Below, in pieces: positions 35,800 through 36,769 of a stretch of 36,769 nucleotides of DNA. The notes beneath the pieces were generated by a model that did no database searches, was not told where the DNA came from, and worked only from the letters and a program-made list of their open reading frames with translations. Origin of the DNA: a virus (taxonomy: Duplodnaviria; Heunggongvirae; Uroviricota; Caudoviricetes); IMG/VR virus record IMGVR_UViG_3300048672_000527, positions 1 to 36,769 of that record; one strand, 5' to 3'. Each line of letters begins with the position of its first letter. Position 1 is the stretch's first letter. The position numbers were made by a program, and so were the translations under genes.

Positions 35800-35972
35800 T
35801 GTACACTGTTCTCGAATTTATAGTTAAGACACTGAAGTTCATCTTCTTTGCCACTGCTGGTATTATACTGCTTGGTCTTGGACTTATTCTTGCAATTGCT
35901 ACTACTGTGTTTGTACTCTATGTGGCACCTATTCTTATTTCAATCATTTATCTGTTGATCGCAGCATCATGA
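35799..35972 (+). CDS. Small hydrophobic membrane protein
   Basis: TAATG overlap; almost entirely hydrophobic. Confidence 0.65.
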   Translation: MYTVLEFIVKTLKFIFFATAGIILLGLGLILAIATTVFVLYVAPILISIIYLLIAAS

Positions 35973-36151
35973 CCGCACAAATTATCCAACTATTTGAACC
36001 GAAACCACAAAAGATTCAGAATCGAAAGTGCTCGTTCTGTGGTACTACTGAAAAGGAAGCAAAGAAGTTTGTTGCTTCACAAGAATCAAACCACTGTATT
36101 TGTGGTGAGTGCATCAAAAAGGCTAAGGAGAAAATCAGTGAAACTGTTTGA
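35969..36151 (+). CDS. Stand-alone ClpX C4-type zinc-finger protein
   Basis: CSFCG...KKFVA......ICGECI matches the ClpX N-terminal zinc-binding domain pattern. Confidence 0.85.
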   Translation: MTAQIIQLFEPKPQKIQNRKCSFCGTTEKEAKKFVASQESNHCICGECIKKAKEKISETV

Positions 36152-36371
36152 ATTTTTCAAGTTCTGGTTAATGGGGTTAATCATCAACGAATTTGTTGGT
36201 GCTATTTTTGGTTTAGCGGCATTTATTGGTGTTAGTGTTGGTTTGGCATATCTGCTAATCCATTATACCACTATTCTGCTGACGGTTGTAGCATTTATTG
36301 GATTATGTGCTTACACATATGTTCGATGGGAAAAATTTGAGTATATTAAGAAATATGAGGATAAACAATGA
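36138..36371 (+). CDS. Small membrane protein
   Basis: AAGGAG RBS, GTG start, two or three hydrophobic segments. Confidence 0.7.
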   Translation: MKLFEFFKFWLMGLIINEFVGAIFGLAAFIGVSVGLAYLLIHYTTILLTVVAFIGLCAYTYVRWEKFEYIKKYEDKQ

Positions 36372-36568
36372 GCTGGATTTTGGTTATGTATATCTACGCT
36401 GGTGTTCTAGCAAAGGGTGATAGTGTTACTCTGCAAACAGTACCGGGGTTTAAAACACAACAAGAGTGTCAACAAGCTGGTAATGCTGCTAGTAGTCTTG
36501 TTAATGGTTCAGCCAAAGAATACAGATTTGTTTGTGTCGCTCAGAGTACAGAAGTAAAAGCAAAGTGA
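36368..36568 (+). CDS. Small hypothetical (possibly exported) protein
   Basis: GAGGA RBS; W.LV...F.T...C..A...CV pattern. Confidence 0.75.
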   Translation: MSWILVMYIYAGVLAKGDSVTLQTVPGFKTQQECQQAGNAASSLVNGSAKEYRFVCVAQSTEVKAK

Positions 36569-36769
36569 CACGGATTAATCTAATAGACCCTGCTTTACTT
36601 CATACCAAACACTTGGTTGCAGAGTATCGCGAACTTCCTCGAGTTTTTAAACTCGTAGAAGCAGCACAAGCCAGGGGTCTTACACCTGATACAGCACGTA
36701 TTCCAAAAGAGTATGTAATGGGTGCTGGTCACGTTACATTTTTCTATAACAAATTATCATTTCTCAAAA
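36565..36769 (+). CDS. denV: Pyrimidine-dimer DNA glycosylase / endonuclease V (runs off the window end; not in the ORF track)
   Basis: GTG start; MTRINLIDPALLHTKHLVAEYRELPRVF...GAGHVTFFYNKL closely matches T4 DenV (MTRINL...HL.AEYRELPRVF). Confidence 0.93.
   Translation, partial: MTRINLIDPALLHTKHLVAEYRELPRVFKLVEAAQARGLTPDTARIPKEYVMGAGHVTFFYNKLSFLK

Noticed and set aside
1-36769. tRNA/rRNA genes or stop-codon reassignment
   Set aside because: No cloverleaf or T-loop signature was seen in the short intergenic gaps, and conserved genes translate full length in the standard code.

Overview
A 36.8 kb, AT-rich, densely coding segment of a large T4-like (myovirus-type) dsDNA phage of a Gram-negative host. 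Evidence: TATAAATA/xxTAAATA late promoters, gp61-like primase, denV, a denA-like nuclease and an Rz/Rz1 spanin pair. Almost all genes are on the + strand. Layout: (1) 0.5-5.5 kb, a late cassette in which four of five proteins start with a T4 capsid-targeting-like peptide (MSFKQYxxE / MSLKDYIKE / MQFKEFIN), including a KxDG ligase-like enzyme, a (T/H)xGH nucleotidyltransferase and a modular protein with protease-site-like linkers; the fifth, a PD-(D/E)xK-like nuclease, is untagged. (2) 6-18.6 kb, a tail/fibre/lectin module interrupted by a GIY-YIG homing endonuclease. (3) 18.6-24 kb, more putative internal head proteins, an Ig-domain virion protein and spanins. (4) 24-29.6 kb, primase, nrdB-nrdA-thioredoxin, an inverted GIY-YIG element with a structured leader and a denA-like nuclease. 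(5) 30-33.3 kb, a TAGT/GREB1-like glycosyltransferase with nucleotide-sugar enzymes. (6) 33.3-36.8 kb, small early genes behind repeated promoters, ending in a truncated denV. Best leads: a probable capsid-packaged, protease-processed payload (ligase-like enzyme, nucleotidyltransferase and small-domain polyproteins); a candidate DNA-glycosylation pathway; and a third promoter class (ATTATTTC-N19-TAwAAT) that appears to drive leaderless mRNAs. All family assignments come from motif recognition by eye, not database searches.
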